32,974 nt of DNA, taken from positions 1 through 32,974 of the forward strand of contig JAUHXN010000001.1 in NCBI GenBank assembly GCA_030426865.1, in the 5' to 3' direction. Below are positions 14,335 to 23,526 of the stretch, one piece after another. How positions within the stretch are numbered: position 1 is the first letter of the stretch; the number at the start of each line of letters is the position of its first letter. The notes beneath the pieces were generated by a model, which made no database searches, was not told where the DNA came from, and saw nothing but the letters and a program-made list of their open reading frames with translations. The position numbers and the translations under genes were made by a program. The DNA comes from a bacterium (lineage in GTDB: Bacteria > Bacteroidota > Ignavibacteria > Kapaibacteriales > UBA2268).

Positions 14335-16992
14335 TTACTCTACAAACACTTTGAATAATTTGTTTTTATATTTGTTGCTTATGCTTAGATAATACAAACC
14401 ATTAGCAATATTATTGATATCAAATGTATTGAAATATACCTCAGTATTTTTCTCTATTACAATTCTCTTAACTACTCTACCCATATAATCTATTAATTCT
14501 AAATCGTAAATACCTCGGAAATCTCCACTACTTTCAAAAGTAATGTTCTTCGCAGATATAGTTATATTTGCGTCACTTTCTATAATAAAATCAATTTGTC
14601 TATATTCTTGAACACAGATTTCATTTGTAATCAAAGACCCATTCTCAATTTCAAAGTTATAATTTGTTGTGGTATCTAAAACTATTATTGCTGTAGAATC
14701 AATATTAGCTAACAAAACGGTACCAATCAAACTTCCAATTTTAACTCTACTATTTGTTACTAATTGATTTTCTTTATATCTGAATCTAACATTGGTATTC
14801 TCGCTATCTTCCCATTTATTCATCAGATTTATACCTTCAACTCTTTCTATATAATACTTACTTTTAAGAAGGGAAATAGTTGCTTCAAAACTTAAACTGT
14901 CTATATTTTCTAAACAAGAAGTTGTTAAATAGATAGGGATTTCAAAATTTCTTTCTCCTATATTTGCTTTCAAATGCGGAATTTCCAATCTGAATGACGA
15001 ACTTTTGATATTGATTTTTATCGGTATCTCAATCACTTTGTAGCATTCTGAATAAATAAAGATTTCTAACGTATCATTTATTATTCCAACATATGAATTA
15101 TCGAAGATTAAGTTTATATTTTTATTGAAACTTCCATTAATATAAGCACCAATTAGAGCTGGTTCATTCGTAACAGTGATTTGGTTTCCTTTCCGAAATT
15201 TCACACTATCGACTCTTAGTTCAAAATCTGATTTAATTGGAAAAATAATAGATTCTATTTGTTGTATTCCGCGGCATACTGTTATTTCAGAAGTTGTATC
15301 TGCATTAAATTCAATTTTTGGAATCTCTATTCTATATTCAGTAATGCCACTACAGCCGCTGTTTGAAGATACTTCTACATTCAATAATCCTAGTTGTGTT
15401 ACAATAACAGTGTCTTCATTACCCAATTGAGTTTTGGTATTTGTTATTGGGTCAGTTATAAACCAATTATAATTATCGTATTTTTCTTTAGTTGTGAACT
15501 TTATCTCTTCAAAAGGATTGCTACATAGGTTCAATTCTTGTGGGCTTACTAATACAATTTCTGGGGTATAGCCATCATATACTTCAATCTCAAATGTGTC
15601 ATTGAAAATTTGGTTACAACTTCTGAAATTATAGAAGTAAGATCCAGCATCATCTTTGCTGATTATGTCGAACAGCAAATCTTTTGAATATACTCTTTCG
15701 CCATTAGACTTTACCCAAGTATGATCACCGCAAGGGTCATCTATTCCTTCGACAATGGCTTGGCTATTTACACAAAATTGTAGCTTATCGAGTAATCGGT
15801 CAAACACTGTATAAGGTTGTGGCTCAGCAAGAAAGTTCGTAGGTATATTCTGAAAATGTGGTGCATTAATCCTATTATCTGTCAAAGCCAACCCCAAATG
15901 TTGGTAACCCACATAGGGGGCTTCAGAATTTGGACAATTAATTACTCCGAGAAAAGTACTGTCCTTCCTACCCGTGTAATTGTATAGATATTTTATATAT
16001 AATCGATTATTGGGTGCCAATTGGAATTCCCAAAACAAACAATCAGCACAAGAGGATTCTGAACTCCATATTATTTTCATTGAGTTAAGAAAAAAATCTT
16101 TATCACCCCAATTTTTTAAATCGAACTGATGAATTATATGTTTTTGATACCCACTTTGTGTATAAAACTTCGTGCCATCTTGAGAAAAATCAAACCTACC
16201 TCGAATGCTGTAATTCAACTCTTTATCAAGCTCTAAATCAAATAATTTTGTTACCTCGCCATTTGAGTTGTCGAAGTCAAAGAATTTGAACTTACATGCG
16301 TGATGGTTCATTATCAACTTATCTCCTTGGGGTGAGAACTTAACAAGAAAGCCAGCAAATAAACTTTGTTCATTTAAAGTGTCTAAATTGTCAAAAGTTT
16401 TTTTAATAATTCGTTCGTCTGCGAAAAGTTGAGTTATATGAATGAAGTTTGGGTTTGAAATTAAAGTAGCTAAATAATAACTTTTTTTGTCTTGACTAAT
16501 AGTAGCGGTGAGTAAATATCTCGACATATCTTTCTCTATCAGTGTCTCTGTTTTAATAGTTGTACTACCAGAACTATTATCTATTTTTATATAATTAAGT
16601 GTACCAGTTTTCTCATAGTCTATTGCAGAGACATAAACATAATAATAAATATCATCTGAATAGAATGGTAATACTATAGATTCAATACCAGTTCTTGCCT
16701 CCTGATTATCAAAATTATGCTCGAATAATACTACATCATTACTATCACGAATTACAATTTTCTTATCGTAGTTATCAAAACTAAAAAGTAAATCGCCATT
16801 TTCATCAGTTAAAACATCAGTATTCTGATATCCAATTTCTTTTTTTGAATCGTCTGTTTTGATTTCATATTGGCATTCTTCTTTTCCAAATTCAATCTGT
16901 GTTTCCCTATCGAATTGCCATATTGAAAACGGTTTGGATGAAAATAGATTAATTGAATTTAAAAAGAGTAAAGTAATAATTAGAGATTTCAT
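14335..16992 (-). CDS. Large secreted protein with a T9SS C-terminal sorting domain, function unknown
   Basis: An 885-aa ORF with an N-terminal signal peptide and a Cys-containing middle region. The C-terminal ~80 aa end in GLYYLSISNKYKNKLFKVFVE, which is CTD-like. Confidence 0.7.
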   Translation of the reverse strand: MKSLIITLLFLNSINLFSSKPFSIWQFDRETQIEFGKEECQYEIKTDDSKKEIGYQNTDVLTDENGDLLFSFDNYDKKIVIRDSNDVVLFEHNFDNQEARTGIESIVLPFYSDDIYYYVYVSAIDYEKTGTLNYIKIDNSSGSTTIKTETLIEKDMSRYLLTATISQDKKSYYLATLISNPNFIHITQLFADERIIKKTFDNLDTLNEQSLFAGFLVKFSPQGDKLIMNHHACKFKFFDFDNSNGEVTKLFDLELDKELNYSIRGRFDFSQDGTKFYTQSGYQKHIIHQFDLKNWGDKDFFLNSMKIIWSSESSCADCLFWEFQLAPNNRLYIKYLYNYTGRKDSTFLGVINCPNSEAPYVGYQHLGLALTDNRINAPHFQNIPTNFLAEPQPYTVFDRLLDKLQFCVNSQAIVEGIDDPCGDHTWVKSNGERVYSKDLLFDIISKDDAGSYFYNFRSCNQIFNDTFEIEVYDGYTPEIVLVSPQELNLCSNPFEEIKFTTKEKYDNYNWFITDPITNTKTQLGNEDTVIVTQLGLLNVEVSSNSGCSGITEYRIEIPKIEFNADTTSEITVCRGIQQIESIIFPIKSDFELRVDSVKFRKGNQITVTNEPALIGAYINGSFNKNINLIFDNSYVGIINDTLEIFIYSECYKVIEIPIKINIKSSSFRLEIPHLKANIGERNFEIPIYLTTSCLENIDSLSFEATISLLKSKYYIERVEGINLMNKWEDSENTNVRFRYKENQLVTNSRVKIGSLIGTVLLANIDSTAIIVLDTTTNYNFEIENGSLITNEICVQEYRQIDFIIESDANITISAKNITFESSGDFRGIYDLELIDYMGRVVKRIVIEKNTEVYFNTFDINNIANGLYYLSISNKYKNKLFKVFVE

Positions 16993-17093
16993 AACTTTTC
17001 CTGCTAACTTTTAATATTGTATTTTCATATTAAAAGATAAGGATGAAAATAGTTACATAAAAGGTGGAAATATTAGTTTAAGTCCTATGGCAC

Positions 17094-17131
17094 ATTGAAA
17101 CAAAAATGGGTTAGTAATATACTAACCCATT
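17094..17131 (-). terminator. Rho-independent terminator of the 1451-aa gene
   Basis: A perfect 12-bp stem aatgggttagta / tactaacccatt (17105-17131) with a 3-nt loop, followed on the minus strand by tttttgtttc. Confidence 0.85.
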
Positions 17132-17148
17132 AGATATTGTTTCTCAAT

Positions 17149-20100
17149 TTATTCTTTCACAAGCTTAATAGTCTTGATACCACTTTCAGAAACCAATCTA
17201 CAATAGTAAGTTCCACTAGGGTACTTAGACCCATCTAGATTAACGCTGAATGTACCTACACCATAGTCTTTAGTATTGATAAAATCGAATCTTCTACCTG
17301 TGATATCCACTACTTCTATAGAGAATGATTCTGGCTTATCGAGGTTAAACTCGAAGTTCATCACGTTCTTGAATGGATTTGGTCCATATTCAACGTTGTT
17401 GATTAGAAATTTGCTGTCAACATTGTTAGTACCTTGAGGTACTATTATTCCAGCTACCCAATCACTAAAATGGTCTGTATTGCCACATAAGACCGTATTG
17501 TCGTTCTTATTATGAACAGAAGGGTACTGTGGCTTCCATTCGTCGTTTTCGTCCTCTCTCCAGCACATTCCGATTAAATTAGGTAATTCTGGAATTAATT
17601 TCTCATATTGTGCTCTCAATTGGAAAATCAAATCAACACTAAAATCCTTGTTAATTCCACTTGATTTCAATGTCCACATCCTCGAACCAGAAAGTTCAAT
17701 TATTCTCTTATCAGTGAATGTGTGTTTTTTCTGATCAATTGACATTTTAGATTTGTATGTAAAGCCCAGCTCAGCACCGTCAACCCCTTGTACTAGTACA
17801 TCAGTCCCTTTGAATTTGATTTCTTGTTCAATATCGTTAATAGTTCCATTAGCAACTACAGTAATTGTTGGACATTGTAGAGTATCGATTTCTTTTTGCT
17901 GTTCTATTACCCAATCATAAGCTTCACCAAAATCAACATGATCGTCATTATTTTCATCAGCATCTGATTCACCATAGCATTTCAAGAAATGGTGAGAAAA
18001 TAATCCATAACCTTTTAGTTCATCTTCTGAAGGTCCCGCATACTCAGTATTTGCTAATTTCTTTTCATTGGCAGAAGTAACTACTGTGATATCAGAATCT
18101 TCGAATTGATCATCTTTTATGGCTTGTTTTGCCAAACCAGAGAAACAAGCATCTATAACAACGCAATTGTCATCTGCACCTATATCGCTTAGTTTTTTCA
18201 TCAGATCATCGTAGCTGAGCCAATCGGAAGTACTATCTCCTGTACACATTTTTCCATCATTGCTTCCGTGACCTGTGTAATAGAAATAGACCTTTTTGTA
18301 TTTACCTACCATACCTTCTAATATCGCGCATATACTATCCTTACCTATTCCTTTCTCTTGTCTTATATTATCGTCACCTAGTTGAGCGCCTAATTTTTCA
18401 CTAGTTAAGTTTTCCGCAAAGTCCTTTATATCACATTCAAAAGCTTCTTGTTGTCTAGCTTTTTTCTTATCTAAACCAGAAACCAAGATAGCACAAACGG
18501 AATCTTTACTTTCCCCTTCCACATTCTCTGTAATAGTACTTGGTACTTCGGGTCCAGAAGGATTATCTTTAGAACCATGTAACTGAACATCATCAGGAAA
18601 GCGTTTATCGCCAGTTTTACTTTCTAATACTGGGTACCAATTTGCATCTGTGGTGTTAAACTCTTCAGTCACAGGATTGTAAGTAAACAAAATAGTAGGA
18701 TGTTCGAATCTACTCAGAGGCTGCAAGTCAATCCAACCTACATACATTGGGTCAGTTATCGGTATTAAAAGCTCTGGTTGGTGCAAAGGATACATAAACC
18801 AATCTGCTGGAATAGGGATTGGGTCATAATATACTCTTACGTTCAATGGGTCAGAATCATAATATGATTGTGTTAGCGATTTTAATATAGCTTCAATATC
18901 TAATGAGGTAGTATCACGAGTATCATCGACAAAACCTTGTGGGTTTTGAGTTGTATTTATACTATCGCTACCATAAGTTGGGTTTTGATTTCTTACCCAA
19001 TCAAATGCTTCTTGGAAAGTGATAATCGAGTCCTTATCCTTATTGGCTAATGAATCTGTACTACATAACACAAAATTACGAGTGAAGTAACCTTGGCACC
19101 ATCTATTAGTTGTGTCAGTTGTTGATCTGTACCACACGTTTTTAGATGTTTTAGTAGAATCAGAAGCGGTGAATACACTTACTTTTCGTTTGCCTCTTGT
19201 AGTGTCATTTTTGGCAGCAGATACTGCTAATCCAGAATAACAAGCATCGAGTACCACAGTTATATCAGAGGCCTTCGTGCAGTAAAGTTCCATAAATAAT
19301 TCTTGATATGATAGCCAATGTTGCGAAGAGTCATTTGTACATATTTTTCCAGATTTAGAACCATGTCCAGCATAGAAGAAATATATTTTGCTATAATTCT
19401 CTTTCAATTTTTTTATTGCAGCTATTATTTCTGCTTTGGTTGCTTTATCTAGAACTTCTACATTTCCATCACCTAATTCTTCACCAACATTATTTTTCTG
19501 TAAGAACCATTTTATCCAATCTCTATCATAGTCAAAAGCACCTTGCATAGTAGAGTCGTTTCCAGTTACTATTATAGCACATACAGAATCTTGAGTTGGA
19601 TTAGGAACTGGTCCCGTTATATCCAATGGCGGTAATGGTGGTGGCAAAAATATAGGAGGTTCACCGATTAATATTGGTGGTGGAATAAGTGCAAAAGGAT
19701 CTGGATGCCACGTATTACCATCAATTACTGGAAACCAATTAACATCTTCTATTATCGGTTGATTAATATCATCACCAAAGAAGAGATATTGTACCGGTTT
19801 GGAATATTTACTTTGTGGATCCCAATCTAACATTATGAACCACGAATCGTCTACAAGAGTTGTACTATACTCATCGGTATCGAATGTTACTATATCCGTA
19901 CCTGCAGGTAGTAAAGTAGGGTAAGCATATCCTAATATCTTAGTGAGATCTAACTCACCATAATTTTCATTCAAATAGTCAGTTAACCAATTTTTAATTG
20001 ACTCTAATGTAATTCGCGAATCAGCAGTAAAAGATTGAGGATTTTGTCTTTTATTGAGTGAATCAGAACCAAACGTTGGATTTTGTTTCCTTGCCCAATC

Positions 20101-21504
20101 GAAAGCTTCTTTGAATGAAATAACGGTATCCTTGTCTGTGTTTGCCAAAGTGTCTTTACTACATTGGGTTATAGCTCTGGTAAAGAAACTCTCACACCAT
20201 TTTACATTAGTATCGGCAGTTAGATGATACCAAACTACTCTTGATGTTTTGTTGCTATCGGATGAAGTAAAAACTTCAACTTTCTTTCCTTTCTTATCCT
20301 TATTGTCTTCGGCTGCTTTTAGAGCAGTACCAGCATAACAAGCATCTACCACAACTACTATTTCTGTTGCGTCTGTTCCAAATAGATCCTTGAACAGTTC
20401 ATCATAAGTCATCCAATTTTTAGACGAGTCATTGGTACACATTCGCCCATCTTTGGCTCCGTGACCTGTGTAATAGAAGTATATTTTTTTATAGTTCTTC
20501 TTAAGCTCCTCTATGGCAGCTTTTATCTCAGCTTTTGTACCACCATTCAGACACTTTACATTATCATCAGAAAGTTCTTGCCCGTTACCATTCTTTTGAA
20601 GTATCCAGAGCAAATTCTTCTTGTCGTAGTCTAATGCAGATTGCAATACAGAATCTTTTCCAGTGACTATTATAGCACAAACCGAATCTGTCTTTTCTGT
20701 TGGAACTGGTACCTCGTAATCTATCTCTATAGTTTGAGAGAGAAATAGTGGTGGATCACCGAAAATAATTCCATCAGGATTAAATGGGTCAGGAACCCAT
20801 AACCAATCATCTACGTAAGGATACCAATTAACATCGTGAAAAATATGATCTTGACCTTCACTTAGTATCATATAAGTTACTGGCTTCTGGTATTTGGAAA
20901 CAATATCCCAATCAAGTAATACTAACCAAGAATCATATTCTAATGTAGTTGTAAATTCTTCGGTATCAAATGTTGTTAATACAGTCCCAGCTGGGTAAAA
21001 ATCCATTCCCATATAAGCATGTGTACTTTGAAGCTCCATTTGAGAAAAGTTCTCTGTCAAATACTGATCTACTTGACCAATTACAAAGTCCCTGTCGAAT
21101 GGAGGTAAAAGGAAAAACTGATGTTCTCCATAATTGTTAGTTAAGTTTTCATCGAATTCTTGTTGAGTATCGAACGCTAATACATACTCAGTATTAGGGT
21201 CCAAATTTAGATAGTCTAACGGGCCAAAATTAACTTGTGTTGTTTCACCCGCTTCAAGTGAATCTAAAGCTTCCTGCCTTTGGTCCATTACTTGTTGGTC
21301 ACTTGTTCTAATCAATGTCATCTGAAATTGAATCTGATAAACGCTGAAATTTGTATTCAGATTTTCATATTCAACTACTATATCTTCTTGATTTCCGTGA
21401 TGCAATTCATCAGGAAAGAAAGCAAATTTGAAACTCAGATCTCCAGCAGTAGAAATATTGAGAGAAAATAGCATAATTGCTAGAAGAGTAAATACCGTTC
21501 TCAT
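17149..21504 (-). CDS. Giant T9SS cargo protein with three tandem legumain/caspase-like (clan CD) cysteine peptidase-like modules
   Basis: Signal peptide, then three ~365-aa units each with Y[FY]Y[TA]GHG...(41 aa)...DAC[YF][AS]G: His348/Cys389, His714/Cys755 and His1079/Cys1120. The C-terminal CTD ends in GTYYCRLVSESGIKTIKLVKE. Confidence 0.75.
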   Translation of the reverse strand: MRTVFTLLAIMLFSLNISTAGDLSFKFAFFPDELHHGNQEDIVVEYENLNTNFSVYQIQFQMTLIRTSDQQVMDQRQEALDSLEAGETTQVNFGPLDYLNLDPNTEYVLAFDTQQEFDENLTNNYGEHQFFLLPPFDRDFVIGQVDQYLTENFSQMELQSTHAYMGMDFYPAGTVLTTFDTEEFTTTLEYDSWLVLLDWDIVSKYQKPVTYMILSEGQDHIFHDVNWYPYVDDWLWVPDPFNPDGIIFGDPPLFLSQTIEIDYEVPVPTEKTDSVCAIIVTGKDSVLQSALDYDKKNLLWILQKNGNGQELSDDNVKCLNGGTKAEIKAAIEELKKNYKKIYFYYTGHGAKDGRMCTNDSSKNWMTYDELFKDLFGTDATEIVVVVDACYAGTALKAAEDNKDKKGKKVEVFTSSDSNKTSRVVWYHLTADTNVKWCESFFTRAITQCSKDTLANTDKDTVISFKEAFDWARKQNPTFGSDSLNKRQNPQSFTADSRITLESIKNWLTDYLNENYGELDLTKILGYAYPTLLPAGTDIVTFDTDEYSTTLVDDSWFIMLDWDPQSKYSKPVQYLFFGDDINQPIIEDVNWFPVIDGNTWHPDPFALIPPPILIGEPPIFLPPPLPPLDITGPVPNPTQDSVCAIIVTGNDSTMQGAFDYDRDWIKWFLQKNNVGEELGDGNVEVLDKATKAEIIAAIKKLKENYSKIYFFYAGHGSKSGKICTNDSSQHWLSYQELFMELYCTKASDITVVLDACYSGLAVSAAKNDTTRGKRKVSVFTASDSTKTSKNVWYRSTTDTTNRWCQGYFTRNFVLCSTDSLANKDKDSIITFQEAFDWVRNQNPTYGSDSINTTQNPQGFVDDTRDTTSLDIEAILKSLTQSYYDSDPLNVRVYYDPIPIPADWFMYPLHQPELLIPITDPMYVGWIDLQPLSRFEHPTILFTYNPVTEEFNTTDANWYPVLESKTGDKRFPDDVQLHGSKDNPSGPEVPSTITENVEGESKDSVCAILVSGLDKKKARQQEAFECDIKDFAENLTSEKLGAQLGDDNIRQEKGIGKDSICAILEGMVGKYKKVYFYYTGHGSNDGKMCTGDSTSDWLSYDDLMKKLSDIGADDNCVVIDACFSGLAKQAIKDDQFEDSDITVVTSANEKKLANTEYAGPSEDELKGYGLFSHHFLKCYGESDADENNDDHVDFGEAYDWVIEQQKEIDTLQCPTITVVANGTINDIEQEIKFKGTDVLVQGVDGAELGFTYKSKMSIDQKKHTFTDKRIIELSGSRMWTLKSSGINKDFSVDLIFQLRAQYEKLIPELPNLIGMCWREDENDEWKPQYPSVHNKNDNTVLCGNTDHFSDWVAGIIVPQGTNNVDSKFLINNVEYGPNPFKNVMNFEFNLDKPESFSIEVVDITGRRFDFINTKDYGVGTFSVNLDGSKYPSGTYYCRLVSESGIKTIKLVKE
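17866..18921 (-). repeat. Internal repeat unit 3 (residues ~862-1213), more diverged
   Basis: It retains DSVCAILVSG, VYFYYTGHG (His codon 18268-18270) and VVIDACFSG (Cys codon 18145-18147). The N-terminal pre-domain is divergent. Confidence 0.7.
18922..20019 (-). repeat. Internal repeat unit 2 (residues ~496-861)
   Basis: Same architecture as unit 1. The His codon is at 19363-19365 and the Cys codon at 19240-19242. Confidence 0.8.
20020..21117 (-). repeat. Internal repeat unit 1 of the 1451-aa protein (residues ~130-495)
   Basis: It aligns by eye with unit 2 along its whole length (PAGT..TFDT.E..TTL..DSW...LDWD..SKY.KPV.Y...DVNW.P...DSVCAIIVTG...GHG...DACY.G...NP[TS][FY]GSDS). The His codon is at 20461-20463 and the Cys codon at 20338-20340. 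Confidence 0.8.
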
Positions 21505-21679
21505 AACACACCTCGAAATATATTTTAGACATTGGCACTTCCAAAGTATATTTTTTTTATAACATTTGCAAACTTTAGAATCTATATCTACTTGATAAAT
21601 AGAGATATACGGAGCTGTATCGCTTTATAATAGGGAGTTTGTAAGAATTTTGTTAAGTTAGAAAAAAAAAGGATTTGCA

Positions 21680-23137
21680 ATGCAGCTTACTAAATTGATA
21701 GAGAACTTAGATTATATAGAAGTAATTGGAAATATTGATATTACAATAAATAGTATTCAGTTTGATAGTAGAAAAATAGAAGATGGAGATGTATTTGTAG
21801 CTGTCAGAGGTACAGAGTCGGACGGTCACGATTATATAGAATCAGCTGTTAGTTTCGGTGCTAAAGTGATTATTTGCGAAGAAAAACCAAAAATTTTATA
21901 TGATAATGTTACATTTATAATAGTAGAAAAAGCAAGAAAAGCATTAGCAAGAATAAGTGCAAACTACTACCATAATCCTTCTAACGAAGTACGTATAGTT
22001 GGAGTAACTGGAACTAACGGTAAAACAACAGTAACATTTCTCATCAGTAAACTTCTTGGTAAACTCGGATATAAGTCTGCTATTATAGGCACCACAGGTA
22101 TTTATATAGGTGATGAAAAATTAGATGCTACTCATACTACTCCTGATCCAATTAATACGAACAAAGTACTACGCGAAGTAGCCGACAAGGGTATAGAATA
22201 TGTAGTTATGGAAGTTTCTTCGCACGCATTGGAGCAAAACAGAGCCGATTATATTGACTTTGATTTGGCAATATTTACTAATATAACACATGATCATCTC
22301 GATTATCATCGAACATTTGAAGCTTATTCAGAGGCTAAGAAGTTGCTCTTTGATAATTTGAAAAGCTCTGCTAATGCAATAGTAAATGTGGACGATGCTG
22401 GATATAAAGTAATGATAGATGATACGCAAGCCAAAGTTTCAAAAGTAGGTTGGGATGTTGATGCAGATTACAAGATAATGAATGAGGAGTTTGATCACAC
22501 AGGTAGCAATTTTATTATAGAAGATAGTGGAACCGAAATAAAAATCCACTCACCTTTAGTAGCTCAATTCAACATAATTAACCTCTCACTTTCATTAGTT
22601 GCAGTTTCTAAACTTTGTGAAGTAGATTTGAATAAACTCACTAGCGATTTGTCTTATATATCTTCTGCTCCAGGTAGAATGGAGCGAGTACCATTGGTCA
22701 ATGGAGCAATAGCAATTATAGATTATGCACATACTCCAGATGCATTAGAGAAAGCAGGAAAAGCATGCAAAGAGCTTATAGTGGGTGATGCTAAGCTACT
22801 GATAGTGTTCGGTTGCGGAGGTGATAGAGATAAAACTAAGCGTCCTCTAATGGCTGCCGCTTCAGAGAAATATGCCGATAAAGTAATAGTAACAGACGAC
22901 AACCCTCGTACTGAAGAAAGAGATAAAATATTCGAAGACATTGAAAAAGGGTTTACTAAACCCGGAAGTTATATGATAATAAAAGATAGAGCTGAAGCTA
23001 TAAAAGATGCCGTTCGAATATCTAATTCGGGTGACATAATACTAATAGCTGGGAAAGGCCACGAAGATTATCAAATAATAGGAACACAGAAAATCCACTT
23101 CAATGATAAAGAGGTAGTACTTAACGTCAGAATTTGA
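21680..23137 (+). CDS. murE: UDP-N-acetylmuramoyl-L-alanyl-D-glutamate--2,6-diaminopimelate ligase
   Basis: Mur ligase P-loop VGVTGTNGKTT, the central EVSSHAL block and the C-terminal DDNPRTE motif (the DNPR motif of meso-DAP-adding MurE). Confidence 0.93.
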   Translation: MQLTKLIENLDYIEVIGNIDITINSIQFDSRKIEDGDVFVAVRGTESDGHDYIESAVSFGAKVIICEEKPKILYDNVTFIIVEKARKALARISANYYHNPSNEVRIVGVTGTNGKTTVTFLISKLLGKLGYKSAIIGTTGIYIGDEKLDATHTTPDPINTNKVLREVADKGIEYVVMEVSSHALEQNRADYIDFDLAIFTNITHDHLDYHRTFEAYSEAKKLLFDNLKSSANAIVNVDDAGYKVMIDDTQAKVSKVGWDVDADYKIMNEEFDHTGSNFIIEDSGTEIKIHSPLVAQFNIINLSLSLVAVSKLCEVDLNKLTSDLSYISSAPGRMERVPLVNGAIAIIDYAHTPDALEKAGKACKELIVGDAKLLIVFGCGGDRDKTKRPLMAAASEKYADKVIVTDDNPRTEERDKIFEDIEKGFTKPGSYMIIKDRAEAIKDAVRISNSGDIILIAGKGHEDYQIIGTQKIHFNDKEVVLNVRI

Positions 23138-23152
23138 AGTTGAGAAAATAAT

Positions 23153-23515
23153 CTACAACTTCTTCAAATCCTTATGAGTGTATTCGTTTTCTGTGTTGCC
23201 AGTATTGAGAGTGCTTATTGGCTCAAAAAGTAACACATGAGCTTCTTCTTCGGATATTGGGCTATGATCTATTCCCTTCGGTATTACTATGAATTCACCC
23301 TCACCAATAGTCTTAGTGGTATCTTCGAATTCTATTTGTATCTCACCTTTGATGACTAAGAACATCTCGTCTTCGTCGTTGTGTTTGTGCATAGGGAATT
23401 TCCCTTTGAACTTCGCGGCTTTTACGTGCTGACCGTTCAGCTCGCCAACTATGTGGGGTTGCCAATACTCTTTTATCTGTGAGAAGATTTCATTTAGCTT
23501 TTTAACTTCTATCAT
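23153..23515 (-). CDS. Cupin domain protein
   Basis: A 120-aa ORF. Cupin motif 1 is PMHKHNDEDEMFLVIKG and motif 2 is GEFIVIPKGIDHSP. Confidence 0.8.
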   Translation of the reverse strand: MIEVKKLNEIFSQIKEYWQPHIVGELNGQHVKAAKFKGKFPMHKHNDEDEMFLVIKGEIQIEFEDTTKTIGEGEFIVIPKGIDHSPISEEEAHVLLFEPISTLNTGNTENEYTHKDLKKL

Positions 23516-23526
23516 TTTCTACCTCT

